Source: Phaeosaccion multiseriatum | Lineage: Eukaryota; Protista; Ochrophyta, other classes | Length of the DNA stretch: 64,000 nucleotides | Reading direction: 5' to 3' | Assembly: GCA_965112735.1 (NCBI GenBank) | Contig: OZ218964.1 | Location: forward strand, 1-64,000 | Part shown: piece by piece, positions 52,651 to 64,000 of the stretch | Layout of the letters: every line of letters begins with the position of its first letter | How positions within the stretch are numbered: the first letter of the stretch is position 1 | The notes under the pieces: model-generated | Seen by the model: the letters and a program-made list of their open reading frames with translations, nothing else | Databases searched by the model: none | Told to the model about the DNA's origin: nothing | Program-made: the position numbers and the translations under genes

Positions 52651-52699
52651 GAGTCGCTGCCCTGAAAGCAGCTAACGCGGTGAATCTTCTCCGGGGGAC

Positions 52700-55600
52700 G
52701 GCTCAGTGCGGAGAGCAGATAAAATTAAGAAGGAGGAGAAGGAGAGAAAAAGAGGTGTGTTACGATGGGGGATAATTCTGCGAATCCCGCTCAGCTTCAG
52801 GCGTTCCAGGAAGCTTTCCGGCCGCTTATGTTCCAGCTCACGGAGCAGTTGCGGGGCACGGTTCGGGAGGGGGCGGCGGACAACAGGGCGGTGCTGGAAC
52901 GGCTCGAAGGGGAGGTCGGAGATCTTCGGGGGCAGGTCGGAGCGGTTCAAGGCCGGCTAGAGAGGGTGGAGGCTCAGGCAGGGGGGGGGGGGGCGGCAGC
53001 CGCGGCAGGCATGGAGGGGGGACCCGCGGCGGCAGAGGCGGTCGGGGGGGGCCAGGAGCTGACGGCGGTCCTGACGAAGGCATTTGCCGAAAATTCTTCG
53101 TTGAGACGATGGGCGATTGTGCGGGGGGGGGGTGGTGCCAACTCACGCGTCGGCGACGGGTCGGCACCCTAAGGCAACCAAAGAAGAGTGGGCGGTTATA
53201 TTGGCAAATGTGGCGGAGGCCACTGCTGACCTCGTGCGCCACATGAACGCCGTGTCTGCGGCTTCGGTGATGAAGTTTAGCCCGGCAGTGGTGCCGGGGG
53301 TTCAGAGGCAGGACACGTATACGTTAACTCAGCACATGCGGGCTATGGTGGGGGCGTGGAGGGCTGTGGTGTCCCGGCACATGACGGGCGCATCTGCGGG
53401 GGCGGTGGCGCGGCAGCAGTTTTTTCTTGCCAACTTGAAGAGAGGGGAAGACCTGGTGACGGCGGCAGAAAATTTCGACACCGCGGGGATGCGTCTTTTC
53501 CCCCGCCGTTTCGTGTACGCCATTGACTTGGACATGCAGAATTTCGTGATCGAACTGGGCACCGCGGCAGACGGATGGGCGAAGGCCCAGCACCGCGTAG
53601 CAGTGGCAGGGGGCTCGGTGGCCCATGTGGGCGAGCTGAACGCTCCCGAGCCACCGGCCTTGGTGTGGGTGAATCTGGAGCCGCTGTGCACCCGTCAGGC
53701 GGTTCAAGAGTTTGCGCAACAACAACAGCAGGTCACCCAAGAGGTCAAAGACCAGCTGGCGACGGTGGTGGCATCAGCATCTTTGTCGCTACGGGGCGAG
53801 GGCTCTCGGGCGAGCGGAACGGGGGGTGGAGGCGGGGGGAGCGGCGCGTCCGCCGGGTCGGGACCTCCGCCGAAGAAGCAGCGGGGCGAAGGGCAATTCT
53901 TCGACCGCATAGATGCGGCGAAGGCCGACGCAGTGGCCAGAGGTTTGGAGGGGAAGGCGGTGGCGAATCTGTGCATGATGTGGGCGAAGTCCGGATATAA
54001 GTCGTGCCAATTCGGGGACGACTGCATGTATGGCCAGCGAGGGGGCCACGGAGTCCCCCCTCGCCCTCCATCGTCCTCGGCGAGGCAAGGGGAGGGGCGG
54101 GGGGGGGGCGAGAAGTCCGACGACTGACGGTTAGGCTCGAGCGCTGCCGGGAGGGGCGGGGGTGGTCGAGCAGAGGGACACGGGGCCACAGCAGCTCATC
54201 ATCAAGGAGTGACGTACAGAGGTTTGCCGGGGCAAGGGGGCTTGCCCCGGTTATCGGGTGAGTATGCCCCACCGGGGCAGGGGTGTGGGACAGTGGGAGG
54301 GGTGGGGGGGCCTGGTGCAGGGGGCACTGGGGCGGGGCCCAGGGCAGGGGTCTCGGGGGTCGGGAGGTCTGAGGGCCCTGGTACCGTCGGTACCGGGGAG
54401 AGGTCTGAGGGCCCTGGTACCGTTGGTACTGGGGAGAGGCCTGAGGGCCCTGGTGCCGTCGGGACCGGGGGTAGAGGCCCTGGTACCGTCGATACTGGGG
54501 AGAGGTCTGAGGGCCCTGGTACCGGTGGTACTGGGGAGAGGCCTGAGGGCCCTGGTGCCGTCGGGACCGGGGGTAGAGGCCCTGGTACCGTCGATACTGG
54601 GGAGAGGTCTGAGGGCCCTGGTACCGTTGGTACTGGGGCGAGGCCTGAGGGCCCTGGTGCCGTCGGGACCGGGGGTAGAGGCCCTGGTACCGTCGGTACC
54701 GGGGAGAGGTCTGAGGGCCCTGGTACCGTTGGTACTGGGGAGAGGCCTGAGGGCCCTGGTGCCGTCGGGACCGGGGGTAGAGGCCCTGGTACCGTCGGTA
54801 CTGGGGAGAGGTCTGAGGGCCCTGGTGCCGTTGGTACTGGGGAGAGGCCTGAGGGCCCTGGTGCCGTCGGGACCGGGGGTAGAGGCCCTGGTACCGTCGG
54901 TACTGGGGAGAGGTCTGAGGCCCCTGGTACCGTCGGTACCGGGGAGCCGTCTGCGGGCCCTGGTGCCGTCGGTACTGGGGCGTGGCATGGTGCAGGGAGC
55001 ATTGGGGTGCGGTCTGTGGGCCTTGGTACAGTGGGTACTGGGGAGGGGCCTGGTGCAGGGGGCACTGGGGTGGGAGGCTCAGGCGTGTCGACTCGCATGC
55101 AGCGAGGGTGGGAAGAGGGGAAGGCTCGGTTGGCGGCAGGGCAGTCGTTGGGGGACCAGCTTGTGTGTCTGAAGCAGATGGCAGCAAACGCTGTTACCAT
55201 GGCGGAGGGACACGATGGCATTGAGGGGGTGGTCGAGGCAGTGGGGGGTGATCTCTTGGCCCCTCACATGGAGGCGGGGCGTATTGCGTCGTTTCTCGAC
55301 GAGCGGGGGGTGGGGGGCTTGGTGGCGGAACGCATCATTGGGATGGCAAAGTCGGGGGTAACAGCGGTGGTGGGGAACGGCAGCGGGAAGCAGCAGTGGT
55401 CGGGGGCGGAGATTGCCGCGGCTCGTCAGGAGGCTATCGAGAGGGGAAATCACGCAAGCGCGGCGCGGTTCCCGCAGGACATTACCGGGAAGATTGTAGA
55501 GGACGTTTTACTTGGGCGAGTGATGGTGTTTGACGAGGCGATGTTGGATACCCCTGCGGGTCAGCATTTGTGGCTGTCCCCGCTCGGGGTGGTTGATGAA

Positions 55601-56875
55601 GCGAGCAAACGTCGCATCATTCACGACCTGACTTTTGGCGCGGCGAGCATCAATGCTCGGTCGTCGGCGGATAGTGTGCCTGAGAGCTTGTGCGGCGGGG
55701 TATTTCGGGCTCTCATCGAGCTGGTGTGGTGTCTTCGGGCGAAATACCCGGGGCAGCACATCTTCTTGAGCAAACTGGATGTCAAGTCAGCTTTTCGGCA
55801 AGTGATGGTGGCGCTGGAGAGTGTGAAGTGGTTCTGTTACCGGTGGGAAGGGATGGTAGTGGTGGACTGTCGGTTGGTCTTTGGGTGGCTAGGGAGCCCT
55901 GGGTGGTTCCAAGCTGTGGCGTCAGCGATAATGGCAGCACACGAAGCGACGTCGGCGAGGACCCCGCTATCGGAGGAGGCGTCTTCATTGGCGAGCAGTA
56001 TTGAGGTGGTGGTGCCGGGGCCCGACGTGAAGATTGTGGAGGTAGAGGCGAGGGAAAGACCATCAGCGGATCTCATGGCGGCGGCGAGGGGCGGGGAGGA
56101 TGAGAGGCATAGGGGTCACATGTATGTAGATGATGCCCTCTTGGCGTGCATCATGCACAGTGAGGCGTATCTCCGGGCCGTTTCAGCGAGCTTGATTGAG
56201 GCCCACTTCCAGATATTGGGTTTCCCGAGGCCGGGTCATCCGTGCTGTGTAGCGGAGAAAAAGACGTCGCCCTGGACGGCCGAGTTGGAGGTGCTGGGTT
56301 GGGAGGTGAACACTGCGGCATTAACCATTACTTTGTCGAAGAAGAAGCTGGGAGAGCTCAAGCACTTGCTGGACGAAGTATGGACCAAGAGGAAGAAGGT
56401 GTACGCTACGAAGAAGGAGGTGGAGTCGCTGGCAGGGAAGCTGCTACACTTCTCCTTTGTGGTTCGAGCAGGGAAGTACTTCTGGTGGCGCCTGGCGACA
56501 GCACAAGCCACAGCGAGGAATGGCAGGTGGCGAGTGTCGAGTGAGGTCTTTGAAGACTTGGAGTGGTGGAGGTGGCTGGTGCACCGGGAGGACCAGATGA
56601 GGCAGTCGCTGGTTACCCCAATGATGGTACACAGCGAGCTACCACCGGTGATGGCGTGGTACACGGACGCATCAAAACAGGCAATTGGAGGCTATTGTGA
56701 GGAGGTTGGGGATGGAGGAGGTCGACGGAGTGAGCATGGAAGGACGTTTCGTGGGGGAGGAGGGTGATGGTGGAGACAAGCTGGCCAATCATCGGAGGGT
56801 GTCAATCAACCTCCTGGAACTGTTGGTGATGGTGGTGATGGCGGAGCTGGTGGTGGTTCAGTTTGAGCGCGTGGA
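52700..56875 (+). mobile_element. 3'-truncated DIRS/Ngaro-type (tyrosine-recombinase class) retrotransposon: gag-like ORF plus RT-RNase H
   Basis: Gag-like 52765-54127 (coiled coil, C-x8-C-x5-C-x7-H finger, poly-G frameshift ~53125). Pol motifs SPLGVV, RRIIHDLT, KLDVKSAFRQV, LVFGWLGSPGWF, YVDD, EVLGWEV, SLAGKL, WYTDAS, INLLELL. No integrase or YR ORF seen. Confidence 0.85.
54360..55075 (+). repeat. Minisatellite of 36/36/30-bp units forming a 102-bp higher-order repeat
   Basis: GTVGTGERSEGP-GTVGTGERPEGP-GAVGTGGRGP repeated about 5 times. Confidence 0.9.
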
Positions 56876-57116
56876 GTTCAACATAACAAAACAAACAGCG
56901 AACAACAACCCACAAGCCGTCTTGAGACAGAGTGTGCACAAGTTGGTGTGTATAACAATCATGATACATATATTACAATCCTGGTCAGGAAAGAGTTTTT
57001 CTCAAAGACGCCGCTGCTACGTCCTTTCTACGTCCTTTCCTGTCTGCCTCTCATTTCCCCCCTTCTGACCCAGTGTGACTACTCAGCAGCTAGATCTGTA
57101 CGTAGCGCGCTTTGCC

Positions 57117-58300
57117 TCAGATTCCAAAGCTCTTCCCACATCCGCAGCTTGACGTTGCCTGCACAAGAGGAAAGGAGGGAGGGGCGTGAGGAGGCATCAG
57201 CATGGACGGGTGCGAGAGAGGACAAGGAGGGCGGGCGACATGAGTGTGAGTGTGAGGCCCTGCGCAGAGGGGCAAACGACGCGAGAGTAGCTGCCCAGAA
57301 GCAGGGGCTCGCTCAGACTGAGCTTCAGGTGCGGGCGAGGAGAGACACTTTGTTCGTTTCCGCACCTGTGGGTTCTGGAACTGGAAGCCCCCTCCCACGA
57401 GGGCGTCGCTGTAGTCCAGCTCCAGCCCGAAGAGGTACAGCAGGCTCTTGGGGTCGATGACGCACTTGAAACCGTGGTCGGGATACTCCTGCAGGATATC
57501 ATCCTCGTCCACTTCCTGTACAGCAACGCGCGCGGGGGGGGGGGGGCGTGAGGGCCAGGGAAGGGGAAGGGACGCAGCTGAAAGCTCTTGCTCGGGTAGC
57601 TGGGGCACGCGCACTGCTTCACGTCTACCACTGGGACACCCGCTCACAAAATATTCTCAGACGTACTGACATCAAGCAGCTAGAAAAACAAGAGTCCTGA
57701 TACGGCGAGTGTACATGGAGACAAAAGGGACTGCCCAAGGAAAGAGTCGCAGTCTCCGCCTGGAATCCGCCAAGCTTGAGTCAACAGCTGCCCACCCTCA
57801 CGCACCTCCTGCTTGATAAGGTCCATCACGTAGGACATGCCCGAGCAACCCCCGGATCGGACCCCCATTCGCAGCAGAATCTCCTTTCCCTCGCCCGCCG
57901 TCTCTTTGAGATGGATGAGGTGCTCCAGAGCTTTGGGTTGAATGTTTACATACTCCATCTCGACATCATCCTCGTCCCCCTCGTCCAGCGCTGCCAGAAG
58001 CGCCTGCTCCTGCTCCTCCTCAGAAAGCTCTTCCGTCGACATGAGCAGGGGAGAAAGTCTCCTCCTCCTTGTGCTGCTGCTACTGCTGCTGCTCTCCCTC
58101 CAGGCCGTGGAGCGGGCCGTCGCAGAGTGCATCGCAGAGCTAGCCAGGGCCGGGTCCCGCCCTCCTCGCACACTGACGGAAAGGGCAGGAGCAACAACCG
58201 GGCCGACCACAAAGGCCTGCGCTGACTGCAGCAGCAGGAGGGAGCAGCAACACCCCGCTGCCCTCTTCAGGCTTCTTGCCCTTGCGCTTCCTCGCGCCAT
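57117..58300 (-). CDS. sufA: A-type Fe-S cluster carrier (SufA/IscA, HesB family), plastid presequence, 3 exons
   Basis: LRMGVRSGGCSGMSYVMD; IDPKSLLYLFGLELDYSDALVGGGFQFQNP; SSCGCGKSF. LLLLQSAQAF presequence. Confidence 0.9.
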
Positions 58301-58680
58301 TTCCAGGCGAGTAGAGCGACCGCAGCACCTTTTTCTTCCTCCCAAATTTTTATCACTCTCTCTCTCTCTCTCTTTCCCTCTTGTTCTTCTTTATTGATTT
58401 TGTGTAAAGCTTGGAGCAGCCCCCTGGGGGTGGTCGATATGCTTCTAAATGACAAGTGTGCGCCGGCCACGCGCACGCCGGCTCCAGCGTAGGTAGCACG
58501 TAATGGGGTCGAATACAACCTCGCTCTTCGGAAAGAGCTCCGCCCTCCTCATATGTATATATACTTACATCGCCCCCCTATTACATCATTTACAGAAGGC
58601 TGTCATTTGAAGGGGGGAAGGGGAGAAAGCTGAGTTATCGGCGATACCTCAATAGCGTGTCAGGGGCTGACCCTTCCTGC

Positions 58681-61162
58681 CTACTGCGGCCCTCCCTCAG
58701 CGGCAAGAGGGGCTTCCCGGGCCTCCCCCGTCGACGAGGAGCCGTCTCCGAGGGAGCGCTTGGCAAGCTGCATGGCCTTGATCCACTCTTGGGCCCGCTC
58801 CCCCTCCCCTGCATTGAGGCATGCTTGAATGGCTCCGCGGTAGCATCTTCGGTCGGGAGTCAAACCCTGGGCCTTCATCTCCTCCAGAAACGTTTCCGCT
58901 TTGTCATATTCGACAGTGCTGCCGAGCGCTTGCAAGAGCGTCTTGTAACTTTGCCAATTCGGCCTCAGGCCACTCGCCACCATGTCGGTCCATAGTCTCA
59001 GAACCCACTTGCCTGAGCGCTCCTGTAGCTTGCCCCTGCCAGCACACGCAAGGATCGCGCCGTTGAAAATCTTGACGGTCGGCTTCAAGCCTTCGGATTG
59101 CATCACCTGGAGCAAATCGAGCGCGCGCGAGGGCTCTCCAGCATTGCCAAGTGCCAGGATGAGTGCCCTGTAAGTTACGAGATCGGGGTTGAGGCCCTCC
59201 GCTCTCATTTCAGACAGCATGTTCATCCCCACACTCGCCCTCTCCTTCGCGTCTCGGAGGGTGCCCACGCCCTTGCCCAGCGAAGAGACCAGCGCGTTGT
59301 AGCTACGCACGTCGGGGCGAATGCCCTTTCCCTTCATCTCACTCCACATATCCAGCGCCTTTTGGTACTGACCCGCCTTTCCGCACGCAGTGATGGCCGC
59401 GGTGTATGCCACAAGGCTCGGTGTGAGCCCATCTTCCCGCATCAAGCCCAGCACATCAATGGCCGTCTCCCACTCTCCCGCATTCGCACACGCGGTAATC
59501 AAGCTGCCGTAGCTCTCCTCTGTCGGGACCAGCCCGTGCTGGCGAATGAGGGAAAACATGTGCACGGCCCTCTCGGACTGCCCCACCTTGGCCAGGGAGG
59601 AAATGAGGGAGTTGTAGGTGATGATATCGGGCTTGAGGCCTGCTGTCTGCATGTCCTGCACCAGGTCCAGGGCGGCTTCGAACTTCCTCGCTTTGCCGCA
59701 CGCCAAAATCGCAGCATTGTAGTTGGCCCGGTCTGGCACGATTCCCTCTGCGCGCAAAGAGGCAAACACCTCCAAGGCCCTTTCGTGCTGGCCGGCCTTG
59801 CCGAAGGCCGTAATGAGGGAGTTGTACGCCCACCTGTCTGCCTTGAGCCCCGCCTCCGGCATCTTGCCAATCACTTGGAGCGCCCTGTCCGTGTCTCCGG
59901 CCTTGCAGCACGAGTCGATGGCCGAATTGAAGCCCACAAGGCTGGGCGGCATGTCGTTGGCCAGCATGTCCTCCAGCACAGTGAGGGCCCTCTCGTGCTG
60001 CCCCGTCTTGCCCAGCGCAGTCACCACCGTGTCCAGCAAGGTCACGTCAGGGGTCACAGAAGCGTCCTTGAGCATAAACTCAAACACATCCAGCGCTCGG
60101 CCCCACTGCTTGCCCTTCCCGCAGGCCGTCATGCACACCGTGTATGTGAATATGTCTGGTGACAGCCCTCCCTCCCTCATCTGCTTGAGCACCTGCAGCG
60201 CCTTTTGGAACTGCCCAGTCCTGCTAAAGGCCACCAGGAGGCTATTGTAGCTCACCACGTCTGGCTCCACTCCGTCCTCAAGCATCTTGGCCCACACCTG
60301 CCCCACCCTCTGATACTCTTTATTCTTAACCATCGTCATAATGAGCGAATTCCATAGAATGATGTCAGCGCAAAGGCCCTTCTCCCGCATGTCTTCAACC
60401 AGTTTGAGCGCCTGTTTCGAGTTGAGGTTGGCACATACACACAGTGAGCTACTCATCGGGCGGGAGCGAGCCAGCGAACGAGGGAGGAAGGAAGGGAGGG
60501 TGCAAGTGAAACCCGGTCCCCCCTCATGGCCAAGCACGTACCTCTGTGAAGGCGCCCCCCTTGCCGCAGGCCGTCACGAGGCTCGAGTAAGTAATCAGGT
60601 CCGGCGCGATACCGTCCCTCTCCATGTCATTCAGTACTTCCATCGAGCGCTTCCACTGCCCGCACATGCCGTACGCCTTGGCAGCGCTGTTGTAAATGAT
60701 AATGTTCAGCGGAATGCCCCGTCCCCTGGCCTCGTCCAGCTCCTCGGCGATCGCTTCCCAGTTCTTCTCCTTGCCAAACTGCTGTATTTTGCGCATAATG
60801 TCGATTTGCACAAGCCTCCACACCCCCTGCTGAGGCAGCACCCCCCTGCCACTGGTCTTCGCCACGCCCTCTGCGGAGTCGGCTGGTCTTTCCTCCGCCG
60901 CCGAAGGAGATGATGATGAGGCGTAAAGCGCACACCCTGCCGTCATGGGCCGGGCCCTTGCACCGTAAGCCGCAGCCCCCGAGACGGGCCGTGCCCTCGA
61001 GCAGCGCGGGAGAGTCTTCACGGCAGGGGGGCTCCCCTTTGTCCTCCACCATGACACCGGACCCGCTGGTGAGAAGGCCAGCACACCCGCAGGCGCTCCT
61101 CGCCCACCCCAGCCCACACCACCAGCCAGAGACCTCGACACAGAAGAAAGGGGGTCGTGCAT
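58681..61162 (-). CDS. P-class pentatricopeptide repeat protein, 2 exons
   Basis: Many tandem 35-aa repeats (PDVVSYNSLL..G..ALQVL..M...G..PD). Intron ~60412-60541. Start codon uncertain. Confidence 0.9.
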
Positions 61163-61275
61163 ACTGTGCCTCGTCAGGTGGCCACTTTGTGAGCTTAGTA
61201 TGCACGACTTTCGAGTCCCTTCAATGCGATTATTGACTTATTTCCCCCCCTCTTCCTCACTTTCCTTTTCCTTTA

Positions 61276-64000
61276 ATGCTTTTTCCATTGAGAAGCGCAC
61301 TCCAGCTGCACCTCCTTCTTTTTGCTGTTACTGTTGTTGCTACTACTCTTGTGGCCAGAGTTGCTGCATTTGTATTGGTTGGGCCGTCCTCGCTGGAGAG
61401 CATACTCAGCAGGGCCAGAGACCATCAGGGTTGGGGTGGTGCCAAGGGGCGGCCCGGGCTTGACCACAGCAGAAGCTGCAACAGCTGCAACAGCTGCGCA
61501 AGAGAATCAGTAGATAGAAAGGTCAGGAGCTCCCTCCGCAGCAGCTGGGCAGAGCTTGGAGGCAGGAGGAGGAGTGGGAGATGGAGAGAGTGGGCACCGC
61601 GGCAAAAGGGGGCACGGGGGAGAGGGCGCGGCGGCGTAGCGTTGGGCTGCGGTGTCATCGCCATCTCACTAGCAGATCCCACGTCGACCGTGGCTGCCGA
61701 GCTCTATGATGGACTCACTTTGCTGCAGCATAGGGGCCAAGGTGAGGTTGTCCCGCTCTTACACATGTGTGCTTCTGTGCCTGTAGCAGGGCTCATTTCT
61801 CCCTGCGGGTCTCCAATCGCTGCTGCTTTCCTTCAGACTCCGCGGGCATGGCCACCTCCGACCATTCGCGAGTCTACCAACACAAGGGCAAGGGCCTGGC
61901 CAGAGACGCCTTCTCCGTTGAGGAGATGCTCGGCCTGCAGGGGCACGTCGGGGTGGGGCACGTGAGGTACCCCACAGCAGGGGCTAACACTATCGCAGAG
62001 GCTCAGCCCTTCTACAGCTGTGGTCCTCTAGGTAAAGGCGCGCTGATCACGGACGGAGAGGGTTTAGGCAGGGTTGTGAGCTGTGGATTGTCTCGCACTG
62101 CGTCACCTCATCACCCCCCGACTCTCCCACTTGCCTCCCCCCCCCCCTCCCACCCATCCTTTTCAGGATTTAGTCTGGCGCACAACGGGCATATCACCAA
62201 CGCCGCAGCCTTGCGTGCTGAGGTGTCCGTGAACTGCCATCTCAACACCAACTCCGACACGGAGGTGCTGCTGCAGGTACGTCCTCACATCGCACCGGAA
62301 GGAGCCCTTTCGAGGCGGGGCAGGTCTCACCCCCCCAGGCGCTCTCATCCGGGCCTGCCTCTGACCTGTCCACAGGTACTGGCCCAGGAGCTACTGCAGG
62401 GGCTGGGGCCTGCTCTCGCCAACACCTCCGAGGCTGCGCGGCCGGACAGGAGAGGGCTCCAGGACATCACGCCCGGTGAGCGTTGTACCCTCCGCCAGTA
62501 CCGCCCGCCTGCTCCAGTCCCTGCCCCTGTAGACTCACTCAACCCTTCCTTCCCGCAGCGGAACTCTTCTCTGTAGTGGGCCGCGTCATGGCGCGCTGCC
62601 GAGGAGGGTACGCCGTAACGGTCGTGCTCAACGGGGTTGGGCTGCTCGCCTTCAGGGACACGCACGGCATCCGACCGCTCTGCTTCGGCAGCAGGCCGAG
62701 CCAGGGACACACAGGTAAGCTACCGCACGTTGGGGAATGGGGGGGTAACCAATCCTAAGGGCCAAGTGTTGTCGGCCCTGCGCTCACTTCGATTTTTGCA
62801 ATCACCTCGTCAGACAAGCTGGACTGGGCCGCAGCAAGCGAGAGCGTCGGAATCACGGGCCTGGGCTTTTCGTTGAGGTACGTCCTTGGCGTGGGAGAGT
62901 GTGAGGTCTGGGAGGCCATGATTGAGAGCCCCTGCCCTATGCCCTCTTCCCCCCCCCCCCCCGCTGCCTGCCCCTGTCCTCTGTGGCGCAGTCGCGACGT
63001 GTGCGCCGGAGAGGCCGTCTTCGTGGACACCCACGGAGCCCTCCATAGCGCGGTGTGTGCAAAGGGGCCTCTGCCCACATTCACGCCCTGCATATTCGAG
63101 TACGTGTACATGGTGCGTGCCTGTCCAGTCGGTACATAGGTGGGGTACTTCTGTGAGTGTACATGGAGGGGTTGTGCTTTTTCAGTCAACCCTGCGGCCG
63201 TTCCCCTCCAACCAGTGCCCCCCCCCCCTTGGGCCTTCCCGTGCCATGATATGCGTCAGGCGCGCCCCGACGCAGTACTGGACGGCGTGTCCGTGTACAA
63301 GGCGCGTGTGTCCATGGGCACGCGCCTCGCAGCCAAAGTGCAGCGCACCTTCTCTATGAAGAACAAGGAGGCGGCCCTCGGCTTCGGAGGCGTTGTGCCA
63401 GCGGTGGATGTGGTGGTGCCCGTGCCGGAGACGAGCCGCATCGCCGCGCAGCACTGTGCGAGGGCTCTAGGCGTGCCCTACGAGGAGGGCCTGACGAAGA
63501 ACAGATACATCGGCAGGACGTTCCTTCTCACGGTACGATCGTCAGGCGAAGAGCTTAGAGTTAGTTGGGGTAGGCCTTCGTAGTTAGTGCCCTTATAGTC
63601 TCCTCCGCTCTGCCGCTCCCCCAGGGCCAGAAGCTGCGGCAGGACAGCGTCAAGAAGAAGCTCTCCCCGGTGACCGCCGTGCTGGAGGGCAGGCACGTGC
63701 TGCTGGTCGACGACAGCATCGTGCGAGGCACCACGAGCAGGCAGATCGTGGCTATGGTCCGGCGAGCAGGTAAGGCCAGGGAAGGGACGGGAAGGGACGG
63801 GCGGGTTAGGTACGAGATGCAGCGGCGCTCAAGAGAGCCCCTCAAGAGAGCCCTCCCTTTGATGCGATGGCGCTCTTGTCCCACGAGGAAGCAGAAATGA
63901 CACCTCTTGTCTTGTCTGCGGACCTCACACACACCGCCCCTGCTGCTGCCCCTGCCCTCCGCCCCTGCCCTCCAGGTGCGACTCGCGTGACGTTCTGTAG
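61276..64000 (+). CDS. purF: Amidophosphoribosyltransferase, multi-exon, runs off the right edge
   Basis: CGVIAI (Ntn Cys), LQHRGQ|[42 protein letters not shown]|[21 protein letters not shown] presequence. Confidence 0.95.

Noticed and set aside
53745-55221. Minus-strand Pro/Gln/Tyr-rich repeat proteins
   Set aside because: Antisense readings of the retroelement minisatellite.

Overview
Eukaryotic, intron-rich, GC-rich chromosome end, most likely from a photosynthetic stramenopile (ochrophyte): several genes carry signal peptide + ASAF-type bipartite plastid presequences. The window opens with ~7.78 kb of (CCTGG)n grading into (CCCTAA)6. This may be a miscalled telomere or a real repeat switch. 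The repeats are joined directly to a broken Ty1/copia RNase H plus 3' LTR. HPPD follows. The main feature is a ~16 kb minus-strand gene (~4,600 aa after splicing; one 1-nt frameshift) with the order FAAL-like A - ACP - KS - ACP - KS - AT - DH - ER - KR - ACP - 3x[TM helices + hexapeptide beta-helix, Pls/epsilon-poly-lysine-synthetase-like] - thioester reductase. It is a membrane-embedded type I PKS fused to a polymerase-like module. Further right are a double-AAA protein with both Walker B glutamates substituted, plastid cysteine synthase, a 5'-incomplete mucin-like membrane protein, an EF-hand gene and an LRR gene. Next come a putative GIY-YIG nuclease gene with tandemly duplicated 81-nt exons, a piggyBac relic and a truncated DIRS-type retroelement. 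The window ends with SufA/IscA, a PPR protein and a partial purF. All calls come from motif recognition and manual splicing; no database searches were run.
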